Of a DNA stretch of 62,076 bases, positions 28,840 to 37,323 are shown piece by piece. Made by a program: the position numbers and the translations under genes. The stretch's first letter is position 1; every line of letters starts with the position of its first letter. The notes beneath the pieces are model-generated. The model had not been told where the DNA came from. It searched no databases and was given only the letters and a program-made list of their open reading frames with translations. Source of the stretch: a virus (Duplodnaviria > Caudoviricetes); the IMG/VR virus record IMGVR_UViG_3300028399_000007, positions 1 through 62,076 of that record. One strand, written 5' to 3'.

Positions 28840-30318
28840 CTACCTCTCAGTAATGTTCACAATGTTTCCATTTTCATCACGTATGTCAAAAGACCTTCCT
28901 ACTCTTGCTACGCCTACATTATCCTCAATGCTGGTGCCTACTTCCATATCAATCTTGTCTTTCTCATCTTCTATTCCAGTATTTGCAGGTATGATCTCAC
29001 CTTGGCGCAGATTCCACAAAAACGTGTCTTGGCTAATAGCATTACTTTGCCATGCCTTCATTAGCGCAATAAGTTCATTAGGCTCCATGCGTGCCGATAT
29101 GAAGTCATCATTTAACAAAAAAGTCGTTCCCTTAACCGTGTTCTCATCTCCCCCGGCCCACCAAACCATTTCACGTAGCACCATCTCTATACCACGCGAT
29201 ACCGATCCTACTATGGTTTGTAAACTTCCTGCGTCACCACCTTGGCGTATGCGCATTGTCTCAGCGGTTTCAGCCTGTTTCTTCTGTTGTTCAAGCAAAC
29301 GCGCTCCAAGTATTGCCATCAGTGATTCTTTGTCTTTTTTCAAATTACTAAGTGCATCCAATCCTTGGCCTGAAAATTCGAGGTACCCTACTCTCGCATC
29401 TGCATTTTCAGTTACCCAAGCAATACCAGCACCGATACGCAATTCACTTTCTGAGTCAAACCCTGCTGCGTATGGAGTAGGTAATGCTGTATAGTGCGCC
29501 CCGTGTTCCAAATCAGCACTAGTGCGGTAATGTGACAAGTTCACATCAACCAAATCCAATAGTGGCGGTTTAACAGTGCCGTCAGTTAGTGAGTTAGAAT
29601 TTATGAAAAAGAAAGGGATATGATCTATACGCTGACCATTGCGCAACGGTATGACAGAAAGGTTTGGATCTATTCCCCATGTAATTGCGCCTGATTGCGT
29701 CTTAACTTCTCGGTAAACGTCTTGTGTGTAATAACGCTGCCCATTTTCAAATTTTAATGACAGTACGCGGTACTGTGTTTTAGTCTCCATTTCAAATGCG
29801 TCACTGCCTTTAAGTTTCTCATACTCTTCGCGCAAAACAACCATTGTTAGCATTTTCATGCCATCTATAACCGCAGTACGCCAGTTAATGATCGCTTCTG
29901 CCAAGTAAACAGCAACATAAGGCCGCGGCTCAGTGACCTCTTCGCTAGGATGATCAACCAACAGCCCTATACGCCCAACCTTCAAAATCTCATCAACTGT
30001 AGATTTTGAAAATTGCAATAAATCTACGCAATCATTTGTAACTTTTTCAGTGAAATGCAGGTAAGCATCCATGATCTCAAATGACGGCGGTTTACGGAAC
30101 ACAAGCCCAGACATGCCTTGGATCGTCCTGCCAGTTGCACCGTAAAATAATGCACGATTTTTGTACGCATCATATTCCTCAACCGTCTGCGCACTAAGCC
30201 TAGGCAAATACACTGCACCACGGCGCTTTACCGCATCAGTCCCATCAGCGCAATCCCGGCACCTCCGCCACTGATCGATACGCTGCTCATATTCTCTATG
30301 ATTATGTGTAACCGCCAT
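28840..30318 (-). CDS. portal protein (DUF4055-like)
   Basis: YLPRL..Y..Y..RALFY, KPPLLDL..VNLSHYRTSAD, LGARLLE. Confidence 0.9.
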   Translation of the reverse strand: MAVTHNHREYEQRIDQWRRCRDCADGTDAVKRRGAVYLPRLSAQTVEEYDAYKNRALFYGATGRTIQGMSGLVFRKPPSFEIMDAYLHFTEKVTNDCVDLLQFSKSTVDEILKVGRIGLLVDHPSEEVTEPRPYVAVYLAEAIINWRTAVIDGMKMLTMVVLREEYEKLKGSDAFEMETKTQYRVLSLKFENGQRYYTQDVYREVKTQSGAITWGIDPNLSVIPLRNGQRIDHIPFFFINSNSLTDGTVKPPLLDLVDVNLSHYRTSADLEHGAHYTALPTPYAAGFDSESELRIGAGIAWVTENADARVGYLEFSGQGLDALSNLKKDKESLMAILGARLLEQQKKQAETAETMRIRQGGDAGSLQTIVGSVSRGIEMVLREMVWWAGGDENTVKGTTFLLNDDFISARMEPNELIALMKAWQSNAISQDTFLWNLRQGEIIPANTGIEDEKDKIDMEVGTSIEDNVGVARVGRSFDIRDENGNIVNITER

Positions 30319-30327
30319 ATCTCACCC

Positions 30328-33300
30328 CTAAGTCCCAAGTACCTTGATTTCTTTAACTGTAGCAGGTTTTTTGCCAAGTAGGCGGTATCTAGTTTCGTCA
30401 CCACAATTATGAACAATCGCACCGCTACGTAAAATAAAATGATGCGCATCAGGTACAGTTAAACAATACACATCATGCTTGCCTGATCTCTCTATTCTTA
30501 CGACCCCAACGCGCACTACATGGCCTGCTACAGCATCTAGTTTTTTGATATTTGTTAACAATGAATCTATTACCACATACTGCGCATATTCTTTCAACGT
30601 TATCGACGCCTGATCTAACCCTATACCTTGTTTTGCAAGCATTGGAACAGAATTTCGATGTTTTCTTACCGGCAATTTTAACCATATATTTTTTACCGCA
30701 CATGACACACTCTTTTTCAATCTCTCTATTAAGTGCACTGGCACAGTTTTTTTCGTACTGTTCCTTATGCCATTTTCTTCCTTCTTCTGAGCTATGCCAT
30801 TTCTTAGCTTGCTTACAAGCGTTTTTTTGATTTCTTTTAAGACGTTCCTTATTTTTCTCGCACATCCCATGAATGCGTAAATGCTTATCAGCCTCAATGA
30901 CTTCCAAATTATCAATGTCATTGTTTGCCCTGTTACCGTCAATATGGTGTACGTGGTATCCATTGGGTATTTTGCCGTGGTATTTTTCCCATACAACCCT
31001 ATGCAACCTTTTACCATTTTTCTGAAAATAGCTGCCACATAAATAATACCTTTCGCCACAAAATTCTTGGATTGTGCTGCTAATTTCTTTAACGTACATT
31101 TTTTATGTTCCTCATTTACCCCTGCAACAAAAATACAGTGCCCTACATTTTTTAAGTGCCGTGCTTCTACCCATCCTTGATCTGTAAAAAATAAATGATC
31201 TGGTGTACAACAAACACAAGACCCATCTTCAAAAAATACTTTTATAGTATCAGCATTGCTTTCAATCATCCTGCAATTTTCAAACTTTTTATAGCCGTCA
31301 ATTGTCAAAATCTTTGCACCGCTATTGCACAATGATTTTATAGGAATGAATCCTTTATCAGTTGCTATCTCCTCATCACCGTGAAAACAATGATCCTCAG
31401 CATCCGTGTCCACATCCTCGCGGTTCTTTTCCGCCCGTGGCAATACCGGCACAGTACGTATAAACCCATCATTACAAGTATTAAACACGAATAATCCCGG
31501 CTCTTCCATAGGCAATTCCAAGGATGCTGCTAACCGTGTACGCAATAGTTCCCATCCCGATACGCGCGATCCTGACGATTTATTAGCTTCTGTCCATTTA
31601 ACACCTACTGCACGCATATCATCTGCAATACAGTTGTCATTCTGATTGTCATAAATAGAGCTATCCGCTGGACCCGGTTTTACGCGACCGTATATGCCCA
31701 TCATCTTTTCCCGCTCTATGATCCCCTTAGCAATATCCTTGGCATTCATTTTCAAACCAACATTAGGTTCGCCTTTTTTCCATCCGTACCATTCACCGAT
31801 GCGGAACAATGTTTTTGCAGGCCACGCTCTTTTAGTGCCGTCGCGCAATATGGCTTCCGTACCATCGCTTTCCGCCCACCAGCCTACCGAAAACGGTCTG
31901 CTACTGCCCCAGTCAAATGATCGATCTATGTACCAGCTATCAGGGATCTTAAACGGCTCAATCACATGCACACTACGATCCCATACATCATCGAACATGC
32001 CGCCGCTAACAATGTCCCAATCACCCTCCAACATGGCACGGACCAGTTCAGGATCGCCAAGGCCGCTCAACCTGTCCTTATAGTCAGGATCATCAATCAT
32101 CATGGTCGGATTATCACTAAGGAACGCGGGGATGAACTGGCGCAACATACCGCCTTCCTTTTTTGGCATCCTGATTATCGTGTTTGGTTGTGCAATGTTT
32201 ACAAAATCCGCCTTTACCCAGTTATGACCTATGCCACCGGGGTTACTGCTATTTATGATCCTTGGAAAGCGATCTTTGTATTTATCAGGTAACACCAGAC
32301 CCGGCGCACGGACACGTGATCGCAAATAGGCGTAAATCGTTTTTGTGAACATAGTCAATTCATCTACTAACAATAAATGTATTTCAGAACCGTGGTAGTT
32401 CATGCGATCTTTTTCATGCTGGCAATGGCACAAAAAAATCTTGCTATTGTTCCAGAATGTGATAATGCCCTTACCCGTATTTATTTTTGCATGCCCTTCA
32501 TCGATCCAATCTGATAACAGGTTAAAAAATCCCTTTGGTCCCTCCATGTGGTTCTTCCACAGTTCAGGGTATGTGCGGCGAAACAAATAAACCTGTAAAC
32601 CGGGGATTTCCGCACACCACATGATCGCAGCTATGCGCATAAGGTGACTATTATGCGTAACGATAAAATCATTTGTTATGTATAAATTGTTTGGGTGAGA
32701 AACAGAAATACAGACAGTTTCACAATGCCCGGCGGGTTCTATCTTATCAAGATAAAGCCCCATTGACTGATGTTGTTTACTATTGCATCTCTCGGCTTTG
32801 CGCTTAACACGGAACATCCTTTGTGGTTCACGGATCTTTATCCTGAGCGTATAGGCTTTTTGCCCTTTTCTTTTTTCACCTTTATACACATAATTCGGTA
32901 TTTTTGATTTTAATGAAACAATAGCGCCTAACGATCTTGCCAAGTGCCTTACGTCATCAGCCAATTGCTTTGATACCGTTGTAAAATAGCAATCACCATC
33001 CTTATCAACAGTCCCGTCTGTGTCCATTAGACCCTGTAGTAAAGACCATCGATCTTCAACGCCGCCAAACAAGTAAATGCGCGGAATAAACTTACTATTT
33101 GCCAAACATCCGTAAACACCAAGATCAACCAAGTCATCATAAACAAGTTTTTTCGGTACCGTATATGACTTGGCTTTGTTGTTATTGTTTTTGCCGACAG
33201 GATTTAGCTTTTTATCATAGTTGTAAAAATCTGATAAAATGTTATTTATGTTATCAACTATCTCACGATCAGGCGTACAAAAAGTAGTAACGCCACTACG

Positions 33301-33846
33301 CAAGCACCCATCTCCTAACAACACGCCAAGCAAATACGGTTCTACGGATCGCTTAACGTGTTTTTTTGGTCCTGCATTCTCTCCATGTACGTTAAATGCA
33401 CATGGCTCAGATATAACAGGGATCGCGATCCTGTTTTTGCGTTTTGTGTTGCGCTGGTAAAACTCGTAAATTTCTTTTGTTGTCCATTTACGCGCCGATG
33501 CTTCACCATTAACAGGCACATTACCTATCTTCCTGCTTTTACCTGTCGTCCAAGCAAGCCAAATATGATCGCTATCAACAATGGTTTCACTACCATCGGA
33601 CCACGTTAACTTGTAAACTTTTTGCTTGCCTTTCGGGTAATAGCCAATAATTTTTTGCACTGTTCCATCAGTTGCACAAATTGCGTCGCCTACCTTTACA
33701 TCCCTAAATTTTCTCCACCCAAACGGCGTTAAGATAAAATCATCAAATCTCTGCCCTTTTCCGGGGCCTGCGCTTCCGCCGAAGAGGATTTCAGTTGCGG
33801 GGGAGTTGAAAACGTAGGCTTGCTTTGGATGAAATGAAAGATCCAT
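30328..33846 (-). CDS. terL: terminase large subunit with two inteins
   Basis: Walker A GGSAGPGK[intein]S, Walker B LLLVDE, SSNPGG, nuclease FDWG and EDH[intein]CGDETRY; start set at ATG 33846. Confidence 0.93.
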   Translation of the reverse strand: MDLSFHPKQAYVFNSPATEILFGGSAGPGKGQRFDDFILTPFGWRKFRDVKVGDAICATDGTVQKIIGYYPKGKQKVYKLTWSDGSETIVDSDHIWLAWTTGKSRKIGNVPVNGEASARKWTTKEIYEFYQRNTKRKNRIAIPVISEPCAFNVHGENAGPKKHVKRSVEPYLLGVLLGDGCLRSGVTTFCTPDREIVDNINNILSDFYNYDKKLNPVGKNNNNKAKSYTVPKKLVYDDLVDLGVYGCLANSKFIPRIYLFGGVEDRWSLLQGLMDTDGTVDKDGDCYFTTVSKQLADDVRHLARSLGAIVSLKSKIPNYVYKGEKRKGQKAYTLRIKIREPQRMFRVKRKAERCNSKQHQSMGLYLDKIEPAGHCETVCISVSHPNNLYITNDFIVTHNSHLMRIAAIMWCAEIPGLQVYLFRRTYPELWKNHMEGPKGFFNLLSDWIDEGHAKINTGKGIITFWNNSKIFLCHCQHEKDRMNYHGSEIHLLLVDELTMFTKTIYAYLRSRVRAPGLVLPDKYKDRFPRIINSSNPGGIGHNWVKADFVNIAQPNTIIRMPKKEGGMLRQFIPAFLSDNPTMMIDDPDYKDRLSGLGDPELVRAMLEGDWDIVSGGMFDDVWDRSVHVIEPFKIPDSWYIDRSFDWGSSRPFSVGWWAESDGTEAILRDGTKRAWPAKTLFRIGEWYGWKKGEPNVGLKMNAKDIAKGIIEREKMMGIYGRVKPGPADSSIYDNQNDNCIADDMRAVGVKWTEANKSSGSRVSGWELLRTRLAASLELPMEEPGLFVFNTCNDGFIRTVPVLPRAEKNREDVDTDAEDHCFHGDEEIATDKGFIPIKSLCNSGAKILTIDGYKKFENCRMIESNADTIKVFFEDGSCVCCTPDHLFFTDQGWVEARHLKNVGHCIFVAGVNEEHKKCTLKKLAAQSKNFVAKGIIYVAAIFRKMVKGCIGLYGKNTTAKYPMDTTYTILTVTGQTMTLIIWKSLRLISIYAFMGCARKIRNVLKEIKKTLVSKLRNGIAQKKEENGIRNSTKKTVPVHLIERLKKSVSCAVKNIWLKLPVRKHRNSVPMLAKQGIGLDQASITLKEYAQYVVIDSLLTNIKKLDAVAGHVVRVGVVRIERSGKHDVYCLTVPDAHHFILRSGAIVHNCGDETRYRLLGKKPATVKEIKVLGT
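30406..31389 (-). mobile_element. second TerL intein (328 aa) in nuclease domain
   Basis: CFHGD..CTPDH..DVYCLTV..IVHN|C. Confidence 0.85.
30473..31099 (-). CDS. HNH homing endonuclease nested out of frame inside intein 2
   Basis: LHRVVW..HVHHIDGNRANN..NL, two CxxC..CSxxC modules; own RBS GAGGA. Confidence 0.85.
   Translation of the reverse strand: MYVKEISSTIQEFCGERYYLCGSYFQKNGKRLHRVVWEKYHGKIPNGYHVHHIDGNRANNDIDNLEVIEADKHLRIHGMCEKNKERLKRNQKNACKQAKKWHSSEEGRKWHKEQYEKNCASALNREIEKECVMCGKKYMVKIAGKKTSKFCSNACKTRYRVRSGVDNVERICAVCGNRFIVNKYQKTRCCSRPCSARWGRKNREIRQA
32650..33756 (-). mobile_element. class 3-type intein with LAGLIDADG endonuclease in TerL P-loop (369 aa)
   Basis: Starts at Gly, DHIW, VCISV, VTHN|S; LLGVLLGDG and LQGLMDTDG. 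Confidence 0.85.
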
Positions 33847-33847
33847 A

Positions 33848-34051
33848 TCACTCGTCCGATTCTTTAGTGACAAATAAATACTTGCCGCATTCCGTGCATT
33901 TGATACGGCTTACATATCTGTGATCTCGCAAATCAACAAACAGGTAAAAAGAAAACGATCCACAACTACATTGGAAACAATAATCTTCAAATAATTCAAC
34001 TACGTTATCTTCATTCTTGTTCTTTTTCGCCATCATCATCACCGTCATCAA
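33848..34051 (-). CDS. small Zn-ribbon protein
   Basis: CSCG..CTECG. Confidence 0.5.
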   Translation of the reverse strand: MMTVMMMAKKNKNEDNVVELFEDYCFQCSCGSFSFYLFVDLRDHRYVSRIKCTECGKYLFVTKESDE

Positions 34052-34580
34052 CTACTTCACCATCAATGACATTATAATCCTGTTCAACCTTTGGCATGGT
34101 TACATTGATAACAGGCTGTTTCATTTCAAGGCTGCCTTCCAATTCAACCTTGTCCTTTTGGCCTAGGTAGTTTTTACCTAAATGGATCTGCATCTGCGTA
34201 CTATGGCGCTGTGTTGCGTTGATCCATTGTGCACGGCGCAGTGACGCCTTGCCTTCCTCACGGCCACGCAAAATAACTTCCTTTAATTCAGGATTATTCT
34301 TTTTAGCTGTTTGAAGTAGCCTGTATGACATACCAAGCACCGCAGCTATTTCTTCATCGGTGCATTGCAGCATGGCAAGCTGGCGTACCTGCTCAATGTT
34401 GTATTCTTTCGATTTTCTACCTGCCGGGTGCTTGTTAGGATCTTCTGGCGTAACCTTAAAAACTTTGCCATTCAAAACATCGGCACGCGGTATCTTGGTT
34501 CGGTTAACTTTTTTCTTGGTAACCGATTTCTTTTTAGCTTTTTTCTTAGCCGTTTTTTTCTCTGTAGTTTGATTAGTCAT
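34011..34580 (-). CDS. terS: terminase small subunit
   Basis: HTH (CTDEEIAAVLG), GKASLRRAQW, MQIHLGKNYLGQKD; upstream of terL. Confidence 0.75.
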   Translation of the reverse strand: MTNQTTEKKTAKKKAKKKSVTKKKVNRTKIPRADVLNGKVFKVTPEDPNKHPAGRKSKEYNIEQVRQLAMLQCTDEEIAAVLGMSYRLLQTAKKNNPELKEVILRGREEGKASLRRAQWINATQRHSTQMQIHLGKNYLGQKDKVELEGSLEMKQPVINVTMPKVEQDYNVIDGEVVDDGDDDGEKEQE

Positions 34581-34595
34581 AGTGTGTGAAGAAAT

Positions 34596-35309
34596 TTATG
34601 GAGCGTCCGGGTCAGTGTTGCACTGCCGCTGTGCTGTTGGATCAGCCATCGCCTGCTTCGGACGCCGTGAAACTTTTTTACCTTTATACATGCCTATACC
34701 CATTTCAGCTATTTTTGAAAAAGGTATCTCAGGCACCGTTAGTTTATCCCTGTATGTTTTATCAATAAAATAAATATACCGTAACTGATAGCCTTCAAGT
34801 GGTTTCCATTTACTAAATTCTTTTGACAGCATCTTATGATGGGCTTGCATCTGCTGCATAACTTCACCAGTATCAGGATCAACACGTAAAGTTTTGTTCT
34901 CTTTTATCCCGGTTAGTACAAAACCACTAGCCCTATAAATAGTCCCATCACCACATTGTGTCCCATCTGCAAAGCTAATGATCCATTTAATATGTGGATA
35001 GTGTTTTTTAATAAGTTTTATCGACACTGCAATAGCCCGGCTTTCGCTATTTTTTGGCAATTTATCACTAAACGCCATACGATTAAGTTCAATAAAGCCA
35101 TTCCATTTAGTGTCGTCAACTAATTTCACAATCAAATCTTTTCGCATAGACGGCCCATATTGCATAACACCTTCTAACCTGCCTTCCCAAAAAACACCAA
35201 AATGCAGTTGACTGTTGGGCACTACCTTGCCGCTATAATGATGCCGTCTTACAAACTTGTTTGCATCAGTTGCAGAAATAGGAACTATTTTCAAATCTTT
35301 TGCGCCCAT
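34596..35309 (-). CDS. Mom-like DNA modification protein (GNAT fold)
   Basis: HHYS, ELNRM, NSESRAI, ISFADGTQ..GTIYRASGF. Confidence 0.75.
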   Translation of the reverse strand: MGAKDLKIVPISATDANKFVRRHHYSGKVVPNSQLHFGVFWEGRLEGVMQYGPSMRKDLIVKLVDDTKWNGFIELNRMAFSDKLPKNSESRAIAVSIKLIKKHYPHIKWIISFADGTQCGDGTIYRASGFVLTGIKENKTLRVDPDTGEVMQQMQAHHKMLSKEFSKWKPLEGYQLRYIYFIDKTYRDKLTVPEIPFSKIAEMGIGMYKGKKVSRRPKQAMADPTAQRQCNTDPDAP

Positions 35310-35327
35310 AAAACCGACAAAAATCTT

Positions 35328-35927
35328 TTAATTATCCAAATGTTTTAGATAGTTTAGACAAATTTCATATATCGCATTGCCATTTTTATTATCGTTCAAG
35401 CTATCGTCAACACCATCATCAAGAATTTTATCAATAGCATCCCTGACAACTTCCGCCTGATCACTGTGCAAAGTAAAAGTGATCTGTTCAAATTCACCCT
35501 TTCCGCCATCGTTCAAATCAGGGAAACCAGTTGAATCAACATCACCTAAAATACTTTTCAATTCATCCTCGTCAAACCCCGTAAAAACCGTATCCAGATT
35601 TCCAAGCGCATCTAATTCACCTTTCAACAAGTCCCAATCCCATTCACTGTACTCAGATGACTTGTTATCAAGAATTCTATAAGCACGCACCTTTTTAGGT
35701 GGTAAATGATCTGCAATTATTACAGGCACTTTTTCTAACCCAAGCTCCTTAGCTGCTAAATACCTCGTATGTCCCGCAATAATAACGTGTTTTTTGTCAA
35801 CAATGATAGGATTTACAAAACCATAATCCCTTATACTTCTAACAACAATTTCAACCGCACTGTCATTTTTACGCGGATTCTTAGAATATGGCTTTATCTT
35901 ATCTATCATAATCTCAACAATGTCCAC
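35328..35927 (-). CDS. ParB-like N-terminal domain protein
   Basis: PYSKNPR, GFVNPI, IIAGHTRYLAA, YRILDNK. Confidence 0.85.
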   Translation of the reverse strand: MDIVEIMIDKIKPYSKNPRKNDSAVEIVVRSIRDYGFVNPIIVDKKHVIIAGHTRYLAAKELGLEKVPVIIADHLPPKKVRAYRILDNKSSEYSEWDWDLLKGELDALGNLDTVFTGFDEDELKSILGDVDSTGFPDLNDGGKGEFEQITFTLHSDQAEVVRDAIDKILDDGVDDSLNDNKNGNAIYEICLNYLKHLDN

Positions 35928-36630
35928 AAACCATCCTCCTTACTTTTGTAAGCACAATTTCTTGAAATTGTCTTAAATTAGTACCAAAGTATCTTTTTAT
36001 ATCCTCTTTACAGCCTGCATTAACAAGTTCAAGCGTTATATTTTCAATTACTTTATGATGCTTTACACAAAGCGGTATAAGATTATCTAAGCCATTATCC
36101 TTAGTAATCCTATAAGGGACAATATGATGTACTTGTAAATTTTTTGTAGTTCCGCATAAAGCACAAAAAGGAAAATTACTAATTACAGAATCACGTATTG
36201 ATTTCCACCGACTACCATAATTTCTAGTTCTCTTAGTATCACATAACCATTCATTATAGCATTTGCGACAACAAAAATTTCCAGAACTGTTTGTTTTACC
36301 TGTCAACCTGCTTTTTTGTACATAAAATTCAGATTTACAATTTTTACATTGTCTTAAAACTTTTTTCATTTCATTAAATTTTTTATAACAATCCTTATTG
36401 CAAAAATTTCTTGCATTTATTTGTTTTTTGTATCTTTCGTTTAATTTACCGCAATACATACAATTAAAAGTGACAAACTCTGCCCGTCTAGGTTTTGGGG
36501 CCTTGCCTCCTATAGAACTTGAACAATGTTTGCATCTAAGAGGATTAGAATCCTTGCGCACATATCTTGATTGACCACAGTCAATACAAACTACCTTCTT
36601 TACCCAACCATCAGGCATATAATCCTCCAA
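35914..36630 (-). CDS. HNH endonuclease with multiple Zn-binding repeats
   Basis: CALCG..LQVHHIVP..NLIPLCVKHH plus CxxC/FCxxxC repeats. Confidence 0.85.
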   Translation of the reverse strand: MEDYMPDGWVKKVVCIDCGQSRYVRKDSNPLRCKHCSSSIGGKAPKPRRAEFVTFNCMYCGKLNERYKKQINARNFCNKDCYKKFNEMKKVLRQCKNCKSEFYVQKSRLTGKTNSSGNFCCRKCYNEWLCDTKRTRNYGSRWKSIRDSVISNFPFCALCGTTKNLQVHHIVPYRITKDNGLDNLIPLCVKHHKVIENITLELVNAGCKEDIKRYFGTNLRQFQEIVLTKVRRMVCGHC

Positions 36631-36746
36631 CTTGTCACAACGCCTGCGCCAAGTATGGCACCTGCCCCTGCCCGTTGCCTACCCGTGACAATAACGCCCC
36701 ACAACGGCTGTCAGGCGGCCTGACGGGCTGTGCCGCAGCCACGAAA

Positions 36747-37140
36747 AATCAATGACTTACAAGCGTCACCAGTTAAAAACCGTCACCCATTTAATCACCC
36801 AATTTTTTTGTCGTAACGTACTGAAAAATATAGTTAATCACCCAGTCACCCGTTTTATACTAAATAAAAAATATATAAAAAATAGGGGATAGGGATAGTA
36901 GGGGATCCCTGATCCTCGTCTATATTAAAGTTTGTGCTGTTTTTGGGAAAAAAGGGTGACAGCCGCAACACTATGAATTAAAAAGCAAAATACGATTTTT
37001 CAAAAATGCGTGGCACCCGAAAAACGGGTGCCAAATGGCCAAAAGTGTGAAAAAGTGGGTTTTCGGCCATTTTGGCCATACTGCTAGAAAAAATCTAGTT
37101 TGGCGTTTTTTCACACTTTGCCAAAAAAAATTGGTGACAA
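36747..37140. other. divergent noncoding control region (candidate origin or packaging site)
   Basis: IHF-type site 36747-36759, repeated TCACCC/GGTGAC, AT-rich tract, inverted repeats. Confidence 0.45.
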
Positions 37141-37141
37141 G

Positions 37142-37170
37142 TTGCAAGCCAATTTGAATCGCGCTATGGT
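37142..37170 (+). promoter_or_regulatory. sigma70-type promoter
   Basis: TTGCAA-N17-TATGGT. Confidence 0.5.
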
Positions 37171-37176
37171 TGCACC

Positions 37177-37310
37177 CATGGGCTAGTTACAACACATGGT
37201 TTGGTTTACAATAGGTTTTGTAGCACCAACCATCTGTTGACTAGCCCTCGCAGTATGTGCTGTGCTATGAAAAGCCCCTTGCACCTACTGTGTGCTTGGG
37301 GCTTTTTTTA
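37177..37310 (+). ncRNA. candidate sRNA or attenuated leader of primase
   Basis: ~70-nt hairpin GGGCTAGTTA..TGACTAGCCC, then terminator AAGCCCC..GGGGCTTTTTTT. Confidence 0.45.
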
Positions 37311-37323
37311 TGGGGATTGGTTT

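Noticed and set aside
27624-28842. Genome-wide stop codon reassignment
   Set aside because: TAG and TGA end many intact genes (portal, MuF, primase) and core genes are uninterrupted
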